This document shows, in pieces, positions 39,767-48,852 of a DNA stretch of 64,000 nucleotides. The position numbers and the translations under genes were made by a program. The notes under the pieces were generated by a model. That model made no database searches and was not told where the DNA came from. It worked only from the letters and a program-made list of their open reading frames with translations. The DNA comes from an uncultured Chloroflexia bacterium (lineage in GTDB: Bacteria; Chloroflexota; Chloroflexia; QHBQ01; JADMIH01), in assembly GCA_963797095.1 (NCBI GenBank), contig CAWCNY010000006.1, forward strand, positions 224,001-288,000, given 5' to 3'. Each line of letters opens with the position of its first letter. Position 1 is the stretch's first letter.

Positions 39767-41701
39767 ATGGCTGAAATAACACATTATTATCCAATGGATG
39801 TCAGCAAGCGCTCGCAGTTCACACGCGAGCAGTTTGAAGATAGACAGGCTGCGGCGCGCAAACGCTGGCAGGCGACTATGACCGCCGCCGATGTGCCGGT
39901 GATCGTGGTGCCCTGGGGCTCCTCATCTGTGGCTCATGGAGCAGACAGTACTTTCGAGACGATCCGCAAGTGGGTCGAAGCGAACAGCGTGAAGGCAATA
40001 GTGCGCCGGGCAGGCCCTATGGGCACCGATTACCTGGAGCCTCAAGTAGACATAATATTGCCGGGGCAACCGCGCGTCTCCTATGCCCACATTACCGCCG
40101 ATAAGGTGCCGGAACTGCTGGAAAGCGTGCTGAAGGACGGCAATTTGCGCGCCGACATGGCTGTATGCATCTACGGCACAGACGAGTGGGATGGCGCTGA
40201 GATCGGGCTGAAGGGTATCCCTGCTGCTCGCGAGCTAGATTTCTGGAAGCTTCAGCAGCGCGTGGTGTCGCGCAACCTGGGCTATATAGACCCTGAAAGC
40301 ATTGACGATTACATTGCGCGTGGCGGCTACGAGGCGCTCAAGCGTGTGCTGTTTAGCATGTCCCCCGAAGACGTGATCAAGATGGTAACCGACGCCGGGC
40401 TGCGAGGTCGCGGGGGCGCAGGCTTCCCGGCAGGCATCAAGTGGGACGGCGGGCGCAAGGCCCGCAAGACGCCCAAGTACGTGATCTGCAACGCCCACGA
40501 AGGCGAGCCTAACGTCTTCAAAGACCGCAGGCTGCTGGAAGGGGACCCCCACGAAGTACTCGAAGGGATGATCATCCAGTGCTTCGCGGTGGGCACGCCC
40601 TGGTCCTATATATACGTGGGTGACGAGTACCCGCTGGCGATCCACAGGACCAAGGTAGCCGTGCAGCAGGCATACGAGGCTGGCCTGCTGGGCGACAACA
40701 TCATGGGGTCGGGCTTCTCCTGCCACGTGGACGTGCAGATGGGCGGTGGGGCCTACATATCGGGCGAGGCTTCGGCCCTCATGTTCGGTATCGAGGGGAA
40801 GCGCGCCATGCCGCGCACCAAGCCCCCGCGCTCGGTGGAGGCTGGCCTGTTCAATCTGCCCACAGTCGTGAACAACGTCGAAACGATGGCGTGCGTGCCC
40901 GCCATAGTAGTGAATGGGGCGCAGTGGTTCGCCGGGATCGGAACTGAAAAGAGCAAGGGCACCAAACTATTCACACTGATGGGCTCGGTTGAGCGCATAG
41001 GGATGTACGAGTTGCCGCTGGGCCGTACCATGCGTGAGTTGGTGTATACTTGCGGGGGCGGTTGCCTGGATGGACGCCCCTTCAAGGCGATCCAGACGGG
41101 AGGCCCATCGGGCGGCTGCCTGCCGGAGCAGAATCTCGACCTGATCATGGACTTCGACTCGCTCAACAATTACGGCGGCACTATGGGGTCGGGTGGCTAT
41201 GTTGTATACGACGACACGACCTGTATCGTTGATATGAGCCGCTACTTCGGGAGGTTCAACAGGTACCAGTCTTGCGGTAAGTGTGTGCCCTGTCGCGTCG
41301 GCACCAAGAACCTGCTCCACATGGTCGACCGGATAGCGCTGGGCAACAGCCGCCCTGAAGATATCCCGATCATGAAGAAGTGGAGCGACCACGTAGTCGA
41401 GATGTCGTTGTGCGGGTTGGGCCAGACCGCGCCTTTGCCTCTGCTGGGCGGCCTGCGCTATTTCCTCGATGAGTTCGAGGAGCATATTAATGACAAGCAC
41501 TGCCGGGCGGGCAAGTGCGACGTGCTTGTAGAGCGCGAGCAGAAAGGGCAGAAACACACCCCGGCCTGGTTGGAAGAGACTTATCTGCCCGCCAGGATCG
41601 GTGAGCGCTACAGGAAGCAGTTCGGCGCGATCACGCAGGGGAATGGGCAAGTGCAGGGCACCGCGCCCACTTTGACCGAGGGGGAGGCGGTGCAAAGATA
41701 A
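39767..41701 (+). CDS. nuoF: Complex I flavoprotein subunit F, long HydB-like form
   Basis: GLRGRGGAGFP, CNAHEGEP, AYISGEASAL, NNVET, SCGKCVPCR..SLCGLG; extra N-terminal thioredoxin-like domain. Confidence 0.93.
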   Translation: MAEITHYYPMDVSKRSQFTREQFEDRQAAARKRWQATMTAADVPVIVVPWGSSSVAHGADSTFETIRKWVEANSVKAIVRRAGPMGTDYLEPQVDIILPGQPRVSYAHITADKVPELLESVLKDGNLRADMAVCIYGTDEWDGAEIGLKGIPAARELDFWKLQQRVVSRNLGYIDPESIDDYIARGGYEALKRVLFSMSPEDVIKMVTDAGLRGRGGAGFPAGIKWDGGRKARKTPKYVICNAHEGEPNVFKDRRLLEGDPHEVLEGMIIQCFAVGTPWSYIYVGDEYPLAIHRTKVAVQQAYEAGLLGDNIMGSGFSCHVDVQMGGGAYISGEASALMFGIEGKRAMPRTKPPRSVEAGLFNLPTVVNNVETMACVPAIVVNGAQWFAGIGTEKSKGTKLFTLMGSVERIGMYELPLGRTMRELVYTCGGGCLDGRPFKAIQTGGPSGGCLPEQNLDLIMDFDSLNNYGGTMGSGGYVVYDDTTCIVDMSRYFGRFNRYQSCGKCVPCRVGTKNLLHMVDRIALGNSRPEDIPIMKKWSDHVVEMSLCGLGQTAPLPLLGGLRYFLDEFEEHINDKHCRAGKCDVLVEREQKGQKHTPAWLEETYLPARIGERYRKQFGAITQGNGQVQGTAPTLTEGEAVQR

Positions 41702-41775
41702 AACGCAGGGCTACAGCCTACACGATTGGTGCGATATAATGGCAACAATCCGTGCGTAATTTAGGAGATGGTGCT

Positions 41776-42012
41776 GTGACGAAAGCTATTGATTTTACAG
41801 ATGAGACTTACGCTCTGCTAGAAGAAATGAGTAGGAAGATGGGTTTTGCTGACATAGAGCATCTTGTCAAGAAGTTACTGTGGGAAGCTGAACTTCAAAG
41901 AAGAAAGGAGCTTGGGAGGAGAATCAACAAGCATCGAGAAGCAATGCTCTCGCAGTATGGCGTGATGAAAGACAGCACCGAATTGATTCGTCAGGACCGA
42001 GAGCGCCAATAG
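41776..42012 (+). CDS. Putative antitoxin (VapB-like)
   Basis: Small AT-richer ORF ending DSTELIRQDRER, typical of PIN-associated antitoxins; own TATAAT at 41735; precedes a PIN gene. Confidence 0.75.
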   Translation: MTKAIDFTDETYALLEEMSRKMGFADIEHLVKKLLWEAELQRRKELGRRINKHREAMLSQYGVMKDSTELIRQDRERQ

Positions 42013-42016
42013 CCAA

Positions 42017-42461
42017 ATGGCTGACCTTATAGTAGACAGTACCTTATAGTAGACAGTAGTGTTGCCATCAAGTGGTTCATAACCGAAGTCGACAGTGCCG
42101 ACGCGCTCAAGGTGTTCGCAAAATATCAAAGTGGCCATATAACATTGCTTGCTCCTGACCTTATTAGCGTAGAAGTAAGAAACAAAATATGGCGCAAGTG
42201 TATATTCGAAGGTATGTCCAGTCAGATGCAGACCAGATAATAGCGGATTTTCGCGCAGTTGGAATCGATTTTACGGCTGATGCACTTTTGCTTGATGATG
42301 CTTACCGGTTAGCGGTAGCTTATCGATGCACTGTTTACGATGGGCCATACGTCGCCTTGAGCGAACGCAAAGGATGCGAACTGGTGACGGCAGACAAGCG
42401 CTTATTCAATGCAGTAGGAACGGTATTGCCGAACATCGTATTGTTAGCAAATTGGTCATAA
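42017..42461 (+). pseudogene. vapC: VapC (PIN domain) toxin, doubly frameshifted
   Basis: Reconstructs as MADLIVDSSVAIKWF..APDLISVEV.N..W...TVYDGPYVALS..LVTADKRL; broken by a 17-bp duplication (42024-42057) and a 1-bp deletion near 42218. Confidence 0.85.
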
Positions 42462-42529
42462 CTGAAAAATTACGTGGTATATGATGCATAACTCATAGAG
42501 AAGAGCAGACCCAATATCGAGGAGCGACC

Positions 42530-45529
42530 ATGGCAGCAGCCAAAATGATCACTATCAGCATAGACGGCACTAAGGTTCAGGTTCCGGACGGCACATACGT
42601 GTGGGATGCCTGCCGTATGATCGGCATTGAGATCCCGAACTTCTGCTACTTGCCGGGTCTGCGGGCTTTCGGCGCTTGCAGGATGTGCGTGGTTGAGGTA
42701 TCGGGTCGCCGCGGCTTCGAGCTTGTCACTTCATGCTCCACTCCCGCAACCGACGGTATGGAAGTGCGCACCGTCAACGACCGTGTATGGCAGCAGCGCA
42801 ACATGGTCATGGAGGCGCTCGACACCGACCACCCGGTTGACTGCCCTATCTGCGAGGCCAACGGCGATTGCCGCCTGCAAGACTACGGATACGAATACAG
42901 CGTGACAGGCACCGATACCAGCCGCCCCAAGATCGTGCGCCCCGCCGAGCGGTTGTCTCCTGCTATCGACCTTGACCGCGACCGCTGTGTGGTTTGCGGG
43001 CGCTGTGTCCGCGAATGCGACGAAGTGGTTGGCGCGACCGCCCTGGCCTTCGTGGAGCGCGGCGTGGAGTCGCTGATCGATGCGCCGTTCGGCAAGTCGC
43101 TGCTCGATACGCCCTGCACCTCGTGCGGGATGTGCGTGGAGGTGTGCCCTGTTGGCGCGCTCTCCAGCCGTATCAACCTCAAGATGGAGCACCACTGGTG
43201 GCAGCGCAAGACCGAGACCACCTGCAACTACTGCTCGGTGGGGTGCACGATCAAGTTGGGCACTACGCGCAACCAGGTGTACGAGGTGAGGACCGACGAT
43301 GCGGTGGGCCTGAACGATGGCGTGACCTGCGTCAAGGGCAGGTTCGCTATGGACGTGGTCAACTCGAACAACCGCCTCTCGACGCCGCTTGTGCGCGAAG
43401 GCGGCAAGCTAGTGCAGAGCACCTGGGACGACGCCCTCGATATGATGGCTTCGCAGTTCAAGGAGTACAAGGGCGCTGTTGGGGTGGTAGCTTCCTCCAA
43501 GCTTACCAACGAGGAAAACTACCTGTTGCAGAAGGTGACGCGCCTCGGCCTCGGCACCAACAACATAGATTACGATGGACGCGCCCGGGAAGGTGACATA
43601 TTGCAGGTGCTGGCCGACATGCTCGGCTACCCCGCGCAGACCAACAACCTGATCGACACCCGCCAGAAGGCAGGGGCTGTGCTCCTCATAGGCGATAGCA
43701 TCTACGAGACCCACCCCGTTTACGCCTACCAGTTGCAGCGCATGATCCGCCTGACCAACAAGCAGGTGGTCGTGATCAGCCCTCGCTGGCAGAAGATGTG
43801 CGAATGGGCCGCCCTCTGGCTCTCGCCGAAGGCGGGTACAGAAGAGGCGCTGCTGGGCGGGATCGCTCGCGTTATCCTCGATGCGGGTCTGCTTGACCAG
43901 GCTTACCTGGACGGCAGAACCGACAACGGGGCAGCTTTCCTGAAGGCGCTGGCGGGCAAAGCGTTCTCCCTGGAGAGTGTGAGCAAGGCTACCGGAGTGC
44001 CCGCCGGGGATATAGTGGCTGCCGCCTACATTTACGCCACGGGCGGCAAGGACACGGGACCTGTCGACCTGCCTGGGCCCACTCACCCCAGCAATCTGCC
44101 CACCCAGAACGGCAAAACCGAGCCGAGCTATGCTGACGCGATCAAGAACTACGGCACCAAGCGCGGCGATACTCAATTCCCGCCCGCCACTATCGTGTTC
44201 CCCGCATCGGGGCCATATACACTGACCACTGCCGCCGTCGCGCAACTGACCAACCTGGCTTTGCTGACGGGCAACGTGGGGCGCGAGGGAGCCGGTGTGA
44301 ACCCGCTGGTGGTCGATAGCAACAGCATGGGCGCGAACGATATGGGCTGCCAGCCGGGCATGTTCCCAGGCTATCGCCCTGTGAACGCCGATAATGCCCG
44401 CGAGCTAGAAGAGTTATGGTCGCTCGACCCCGAACGCGCCAGCCAGGAAGTGCCCTCGGAGCCGGGCCTGAGCCTCGCCAACATGCTTGAGGCCATCGAG
44501 AACGGCGACATCAAGGCGCTGTGGGTGGTCGGCTCCAACCCTGTGCTTGGCAGCGACGACCCGGATGCCGCCAGGGTGCGTGCGGCCCTCTCCAAGCTGG
44601 AATTCCTTGTGGTACAGGATATCTTCTACAGCGAAACCGCTGAGCTTGCGCACATGATCCTCCCCGCTGCCTCCTATGCGGAGAAAGAGGGCAGCTATAC
44701 CAATACAGAGCGGCGCGTGCAGCGCGTGCGGCCTGCGGTCCAGACGCTGGGCGCGTCAAAGACCGACGTGGAGATCATAGGCTTGATTGGTTACAGGCTG
44801 GGGGTGATCCTGCCTTCCATGCAGCCCGGCCTGGTGTTCGCCGAGATCGCCAGGGTTGTGCCCCAGTACGCGGGAATGTCCTACGCCCGCCTCGATATGA
44901 CCGAGTTCATCAACGACGCGATACCGATGCCTGCCGCCGTGTCGCTCAAGCAGTTAAAGGTGCGCAGCCTGATGTGGCCGTGCACCAGCAGGACCGATCC
45001 AGGTACGCCTGTGCTTTATACGGATACGTTTGGGACCGCCAGCGGCAAGGCGCGCATGTGGGTGCCGTCAGGCACGGGCGCTGCGTCCGAAGCGACCACG
45101 GGGGGCGCTCTTATGGCGACGTTCGGCTTCCCGCTCTTCCCGTTCAAGTCGGGCACGCTGAGCAGGCAAAGCTACGGCCTGAGCCGGGTCGAGCCTAACC
45201 CCAGGCTGCACCTGAACACGGCAGACGCGCTCAGACTGGGTATCAGTGACCAGATGCCCGTGCAGGTTACGATTGAAGGTGCGCCAGCATCTGAGCCTGT
45301 GTACGCGGTGTCGCAGGTGTATGACAGGATGCCGCAGGGCACGGCCTTCCTCGCGATGACTCTAGAGCAAGCCGGGACGAATGCGGCGGTACGCGCTGCC
45401 AGGCACGAGATAGCAGCCGATGGGACGGGCACGAAGAAGAGCATGCCGATCACCGTAACGCCCGCACCGAATATCAGGTTGGACGAATTGACCCCGATGG
45501 GGGCAGGTATTCTTACCGCTGGTGAGTGA
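42530..45529 (+). CDS. nuoG: Complex I subunit G, formate-dehydrogenase-alpha-like
   Basis: [2Fe-2S] FCY..GACRMC..SC; HPVDCPIC..GDC; CVVCGRCVREC; CTSCGMCVEVCP; CNYCSVGC..CVKG; Mo-bisPGD-fold domain without a Cys/Sec ligand. Confidence 0.9.
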   Translation: MAAAKMITISIDGTKVQVPDGTYVWDACRMIGIEIPNFCYLPGLRAFGACRMCVVEVSGRRGFELVTSCSTPATDGMEVRTVNDRVWQQRNMVMEALDTDHPVDCPICEANGDCRLQDYGYEYSVTGTDTSRPKIVRPAERLSPAIDLDRDRCVVCGRCVRECDEVVGATALAFVERGVESLIDAPFGKSLLDTPCTSCGMCVEVCPVGALSSRINLKMEHHWWQRKTETTCNYCSVGCTIKLGTTRNQVYEVRTDDAVGLNDGVTCVKGRFAMDVVNSNNRLSTPLVREGGKLVQSTWDDALDMMASQFKEYKGAVGVVASSKLTNEENYLLQKVTRLGLGTNNIDYDGRAREGDILQVLADMLGYPAQTNNLIDTRQKAGAVLLIGDSIYETHPVYAYQLQRMIRLTNKQVVVISPRWQKMCEWAALWLSPKAGTEEALLGGIARVILDAGLLDQAYLDGRTDNGAAFLKALAGKAFSLESVSKATGVPAGDIVAAAYIYATGGKDTGPVDLPGPTHPSNLPTQNGKTEPSYADAIKNYGTKRGDTQFPPATIVFPASGPYTLTTAAVAQLTNLALLTGNVGREGAGVNPLVVDSNSMGANDMGCQPGMFPGYRPVNADNARELEELWSLDPERASQEVPSEPGLSLANMLEAIENGDIKALWVVGSNPVLGSDDPDAARVRAALSKLEFLVVQDIFYSETAELAHMILPAASYAEKEGSYTNTERRVQRVRPAVQTLGASKTDVEIIGLIGYRLGVILPSMQPGLVFAEIARVVPQYAGMSYARLDMTEFINDAIPMPAAVSLKQLKVRSLMWPCTSRTDPGTPVLYTDTFGTASGKARMWVPSGTGAASEATTGGALMATFGFPLFPFKSGTLSRQSYGLSRVEPNPRLHLNTADALRLGISDQMPVQVTIEGAPASEPVYAVSQVYDRMPQGTAFLAMTLEQAGTNAAVRAARHEIAADGTGTKKSMPITVTPAPNIRLDELTPMGAGILTAGE

Positions 45530-45552
45530 AACCAAGGACTCTAGGAGGAAAA

Positions 45553-46887
45553 ATGGACTGGGTGCTAATCCTGCTGAGGGCCATTCTGGCGTTTGCTATT
45601 GTGAATGTCACCCTTGTTATCGTCGCCTATGTTATCTACGGCGAGCGCAAGGTTGGAGCGCACATGCAGGCTCGCCAGGGGCCGAATAGAGCCGGGCCGA
45701 TAGGTGTGTTCCAGAGCTTCGCGGACCTCCTGAAGATGCTCAAGAAAGAAGACACCACGCCCAAGGACGCCGACAAAGTCGTCTTCTTCGTGGCTCCAAT
45801 AGTGGCCGCCTTCGCCAGCATCGCTGTGGTGGCAGTAATACCGTGGAGTCCCGGCAGCATCGATATCTTCGGCGTGCAGATCCCCCTTTATGTGGGTAAC
45901 GTGAGTGTGGCCATGCTTGTGGCCCTGGCTCTCTCCTCGCTTGGTGTGTACGGCGTGCTGATGGCAGGCTGGTCGTCAAACAGCAAGTATGCCCTGCTCA
46001 GCGGTATGCGCGCATCATCCCAGGTGATCAGCTACGAGCTTACTTTCGGCATCTCATTGATAGGTGTGTTCCTTCTCTCCAGCTCCCTTAGCCTGGTGGA
46101 TATCACGAACGCACAGAACGCCAGCCACAGCGCCACCCAGCCGGGTATCTGGTTTTTCTTATTGCAACCCGTTGCCATGCTGATCTTCTTCACATCGGCG
46201 CTGGCCGAAACGGCCCGCACGCCGTTCGACCTGATCGAGGCCGAATCGGAGCTTGTGTCAGGCTATCACACCGAGTACAGCGGTATGCGCTTCGGCCTAT
46301 TCCAGCTTGCCGAATTCAACGCCGCCTTCACAATGTCTGCCCTCACTTCGGTGCTCTTTTTCGGCGGTTGGAGCTCGCCTTTCGCGGCCTTCTTCGATAG
46401 CGGGCAGTCGCTGGCGGGCATCCCGGTGCTCAGTGGGCTGCTCGGCTCAGGCATACACTGGCTGATCCTGAAGATACTGTTCTTCATTTTCATCTTCTAC
46501 TGGCTGCGCTGGACGCTGCCACGCTTCCGCTACGACCAACTGATGGGCCTTTGCTGGAAGGTATTTCTGCCCGTCATCCTGGCAAACATCTTGGTGCTGA
46601 GCATACTCAAGCTGATCTTCTTCCCGCCTCCACCCGCCGGTGTAACGGTGGCAGAGCAAGCAGCCACCTATAACCCCTTGTTCTGGTGGATCCTGGTGGC
46701 GATTGAATTAGCCCTGGGTGTGGTAGCCGTCATTGGCCTCTCCCGAGTGTCAGGTCTTAGCTGGTTCGGCAAGGCAGAGCGTCCAGTGCTGGTTGACCGC
46801 CAGATTATACTGGTGCGCAACGTGCAGGGCGGGCGTGGGACGATTGAAGGCGAATCCCGAACTGTGAGCGTCTCACACGAGGCGTGA
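45553..46887 (+). CDS. nuoH: NADH-quinone oxidoreductase subunit H
   Basis: ERKV.AHMQARQGPNRAGP, SQVISYE, AETARTPFDL.EAESELVSGYHTEYSG, PRFRYDQLM. Confidence 0.97.
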   Translation: MDWVLILLRAILAFAIVNVTLVIVAYVIYGERKVGAHMQARQGPNRAGPIGVFQSFADLLKMLKKEDTTPKDADKVVFFVAPIVAAFASIAVVAVIPWSPGSIDIFGVQIPLYVGNVSVAMLVALALSSLGVYGVLMAGWSSNSKYALLSGMRASSQVISYELTFGISLIGVFLLSSSLSLVDITNAQNASHSATQPGIWFFLLQPVAMLIFFTSALAETARTPFDLIEAESELVSGYHTEYSGMRFGLFQLAEFNAAFTMSALTSVLFFGGWSSPFAAFFDSGQSLAGIPVLSGLLGSGIHWLILKILFFIFIFYWLRWTLPRFRYDQLMGLCWKVFLPVILANILVLSILKLIFFPPPPAGVTVAEQAATYNPLFWWILVAIELALGVVAVIGLSRVSGLSWFGKAERPVLVDRQIILVRNVQGGRGTIEGESRTVSVSHEA

Positions 46888-46916
46888 GGATTGGTAGAGG
46901 GAATTAGGAGAGAATT

Positions 46917-47486
46917 ATGGACTTAGTAAATCAGGTAGCGGGCTTCTTCGTTACGCTCCGGCAGTTTTTCAAGCCGCCTGTGACCGTCGAATACCCCGAT
47001 ACGATACGCGACCTCTCGCCCAGGTTCAGGGGCGCTGTGGGCCTCTTGCCACACCCTGAGACCGGGCGCGAGAAGTGCGTGGGCTGTGGCCTTTGCCCTC
47101 AGATCTGCCCAGTCGATGCTATCGCCATCGGCGTGATCGAGGACGACAGGCCGGGCGCTAACCACATGGACGATTGGAAGCCCTTCGAGCACTACTACAC
47201 CAAGGGCCTCGACCCGCTGGACCCTCGCGCCCGCACGCTCACTTACTATTACGAGATCAACGAGACACGCTGCATGTATTGCGGCCTGTGTGTTGAGGTT
47301 TGCCCTGTGGAGGCGATCATTATGAGCCACCACTTCGAGATGGCTACCGACAACCGGGCCAGGACCATTTATGACAAGGATAAGCTGCTCGACCTCGGCA
47401 AGATATATATGGCCGAGCTGAACGAGAAACTGGACGCTCAGGCGCGGGCCGCGAGCGTAAGCCAGGCGTCGGACGGTGGACGCTAG
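46917..47486 (+). CDS. nuoI: NADH-quinone oxidoreductase subunit I
   Basis: TVEYP..RFRG; CVGCGLCPQICP; RCMYCGLCVEVCP. Confidence 0.96.
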   Translation: MDLVNQVAGFFVTLRQFFKPPVTVEYPDTIRDLSPRFRGAVGLLPHPETGREKCVGCGLCPQICPVDAIAIGVIEDDRPGANHMDDWKPFEHYYTKGLDPLDPRARTLTYYYEINETRCMYCGLCVEVCPVEAIIMSHHFEMATDNRARTIYDKDKLLDLGKIYMAELNEKLDAQARAASVSQASDGGR

Positions 47487-47533
47487 CAGGCCGGGTAATT
47501 GTTTCGGAAAGGGAGCTTTGAAGGGGAGCTTTT

Positions 47534-48346
47534 ATGAATGTTGACGTTTTCGGCATCATGATACCGATACCACCGTTAGGGCAACTGGTGTTCATTCCTG
47601 CCGCGCTGATCTCGATCGTCTCCTCGATAATGATGATCACGCGCAATAACGCCGTGCACTCCGCCCTGTGGTTGGTACTCACCTTCTTCAACCTGGCGGT
47701 GATGTATGTGATGCTGGGGGCCGAGTTCCTGGCGGCTTTGCAGGTGCTTGTCTATACAGGTGCTATTCTGGTGCTCTTTCTGTTCGTAATTATGCTCCTT
47801 GGCCTAAAATCAGGGCCGCAACTAGGCGGCGTGCATACCGCCCAGCTAATCGCCGCCTGGCCCGTAGGGCTTATTCTTGCGGGGCAGATGGTCCTGATAA
47901 TCCTCTTCACCTCGCAGCCGCGCGAGGTGCACTACGGCGATATCATCGGCACCCAGGAAGTGCTCTGGAGCAACAACAATGTGTTGGCGGTAGGGGGCAA
48001 CGTTCAGGCCCTTGGGCAGACGTTGTACACGCAGTTCTTGCTGCCGTTTGAAATTGCGTCGCTGATCCTGCTGCTGGCGGTGATCGGCGCTATCGTGCTG
48101 GCGCGTAAGGAAGAACCGGCTGAGGTAGAAGAAGTAGTGCCGTCATTGGGTATCTCTGTGGGTCGCCGCTCGGTGTCTCAATCTCCCCAGGAAGAGCAAC
48201 TTGAAAAGAAACTCCTGCCTGCCCTGGGCGGAACCAAGTATGTGCCTGGCATGACCGAGGGTGAGGTGGAAGTACCGACGGTAGACCAGCCTGACGCGGT
48301 GGGCGCTGGCACCACATCCGGCATCGAGCCGAGTAATAAATCATAA
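47534..48346 (+). CDS. nuoJ: NADH-quinone oxidoreductase subunit J
   Basis: NAVHSALWL, AEFLAALQVLVYTGAILVLFLFVIML, LPFEIASLILL. Confidence 0.96.
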   Translation: MNVDVFGIMIPIPPLGQLVFIPAALISIVSSIMMITRNNAVHSALWLVLTFFNLAVMYVMLGAEFLAALQVLVYTGAILVLFLFVIMLLGLKSGPQLGGVHTAQLIAAWPVGLILAGQMVLIILFTSQPREVHYGDIIGTQEVLWSNNNVLAVGGNVQALGQTLYTQFLLPFEIASLILLLAVIGAIVLARKEEPAEVEEVVPSLGISVGRRSVSQSPQEEQLEKKLLPALGGTKYVPGMTEGEVEVPTVDQPDAVGAGTTSGIEPSNKS

Positions 48347-48413
48347 CTGCGATTTGCGAATTACCCTTTGTTGGACATTTGTTGCAGGTAATTTGTGAAT
48401 CGGGAGGGTTGAG

Positions 48414-48746
48414 ATGGACCTATCAACAGTATCGGAGACCACAGGCGTACCGTTGGCGTGGTACCTGGCGGTCAGCGCCATACTCTTTTGCCTGGGGTTG
48501 ATCGGCGTGCTGACCAGGCGCAACATACTGGTGATCTTTATGTCCGCCGAATTGATGATGAACGCCGTGAACCTGTCTCTGATTGCTTTCAGCACCTCGC
48601 TGAACTCGATGGCCGGGCAGAATTTCGTGGTGTTCGTGGTGACGGTAGCCGCAGCCGAGGCAGCGGTCGGCCTTGCGATCATTATCTCACTGGTAAGGCA
48701 GAAACCGACCGTAGATACGACGGATATAGATTTGCTTAAGGAGTAG
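48414..48746 (+). CDS. nuoK: NADH-quinone oxidoreductase subunit K
   Basis: [27 protein letters not shown]. Confidence 0.96.
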   Translation: MDLSTVSETTGVPLAWYLAVSAILFCLGLIGVLTRRNILVIFMSAELMMNAVNLSLIAFSTSLNSMAGQNFVVFVVTVAAAEAAVGLAIIISLVRQKPTVDTTDIDLLKE

Positions 48747-48840
48747 TCGGTAGTCGGAAGACTGGTGACGAGTGGCAAGTGGCAAGTGGCAAGTGGCAAG
48801 TGACGAGTGATCACCGACTACCGACTACCGACTACCAATC
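48742..48840. repeat. Mixed inverted heptamer arrays (nuoK/nuoL junction)
   Basis: agtagtc ggtagtc; ggtgacg agtggca x4 agtgacg agtgatc accgact x3. Confidence 0.93.
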
Positions 48841-48852
48841 CCGGAGGAGCGG

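Noticed and set aside
42530-45529. Active formate dehydrogenase alpha subunit
   Set aside because: No Cys/Sec-His at the metal-ligand position; occupies the nuoG slot of a full operon.
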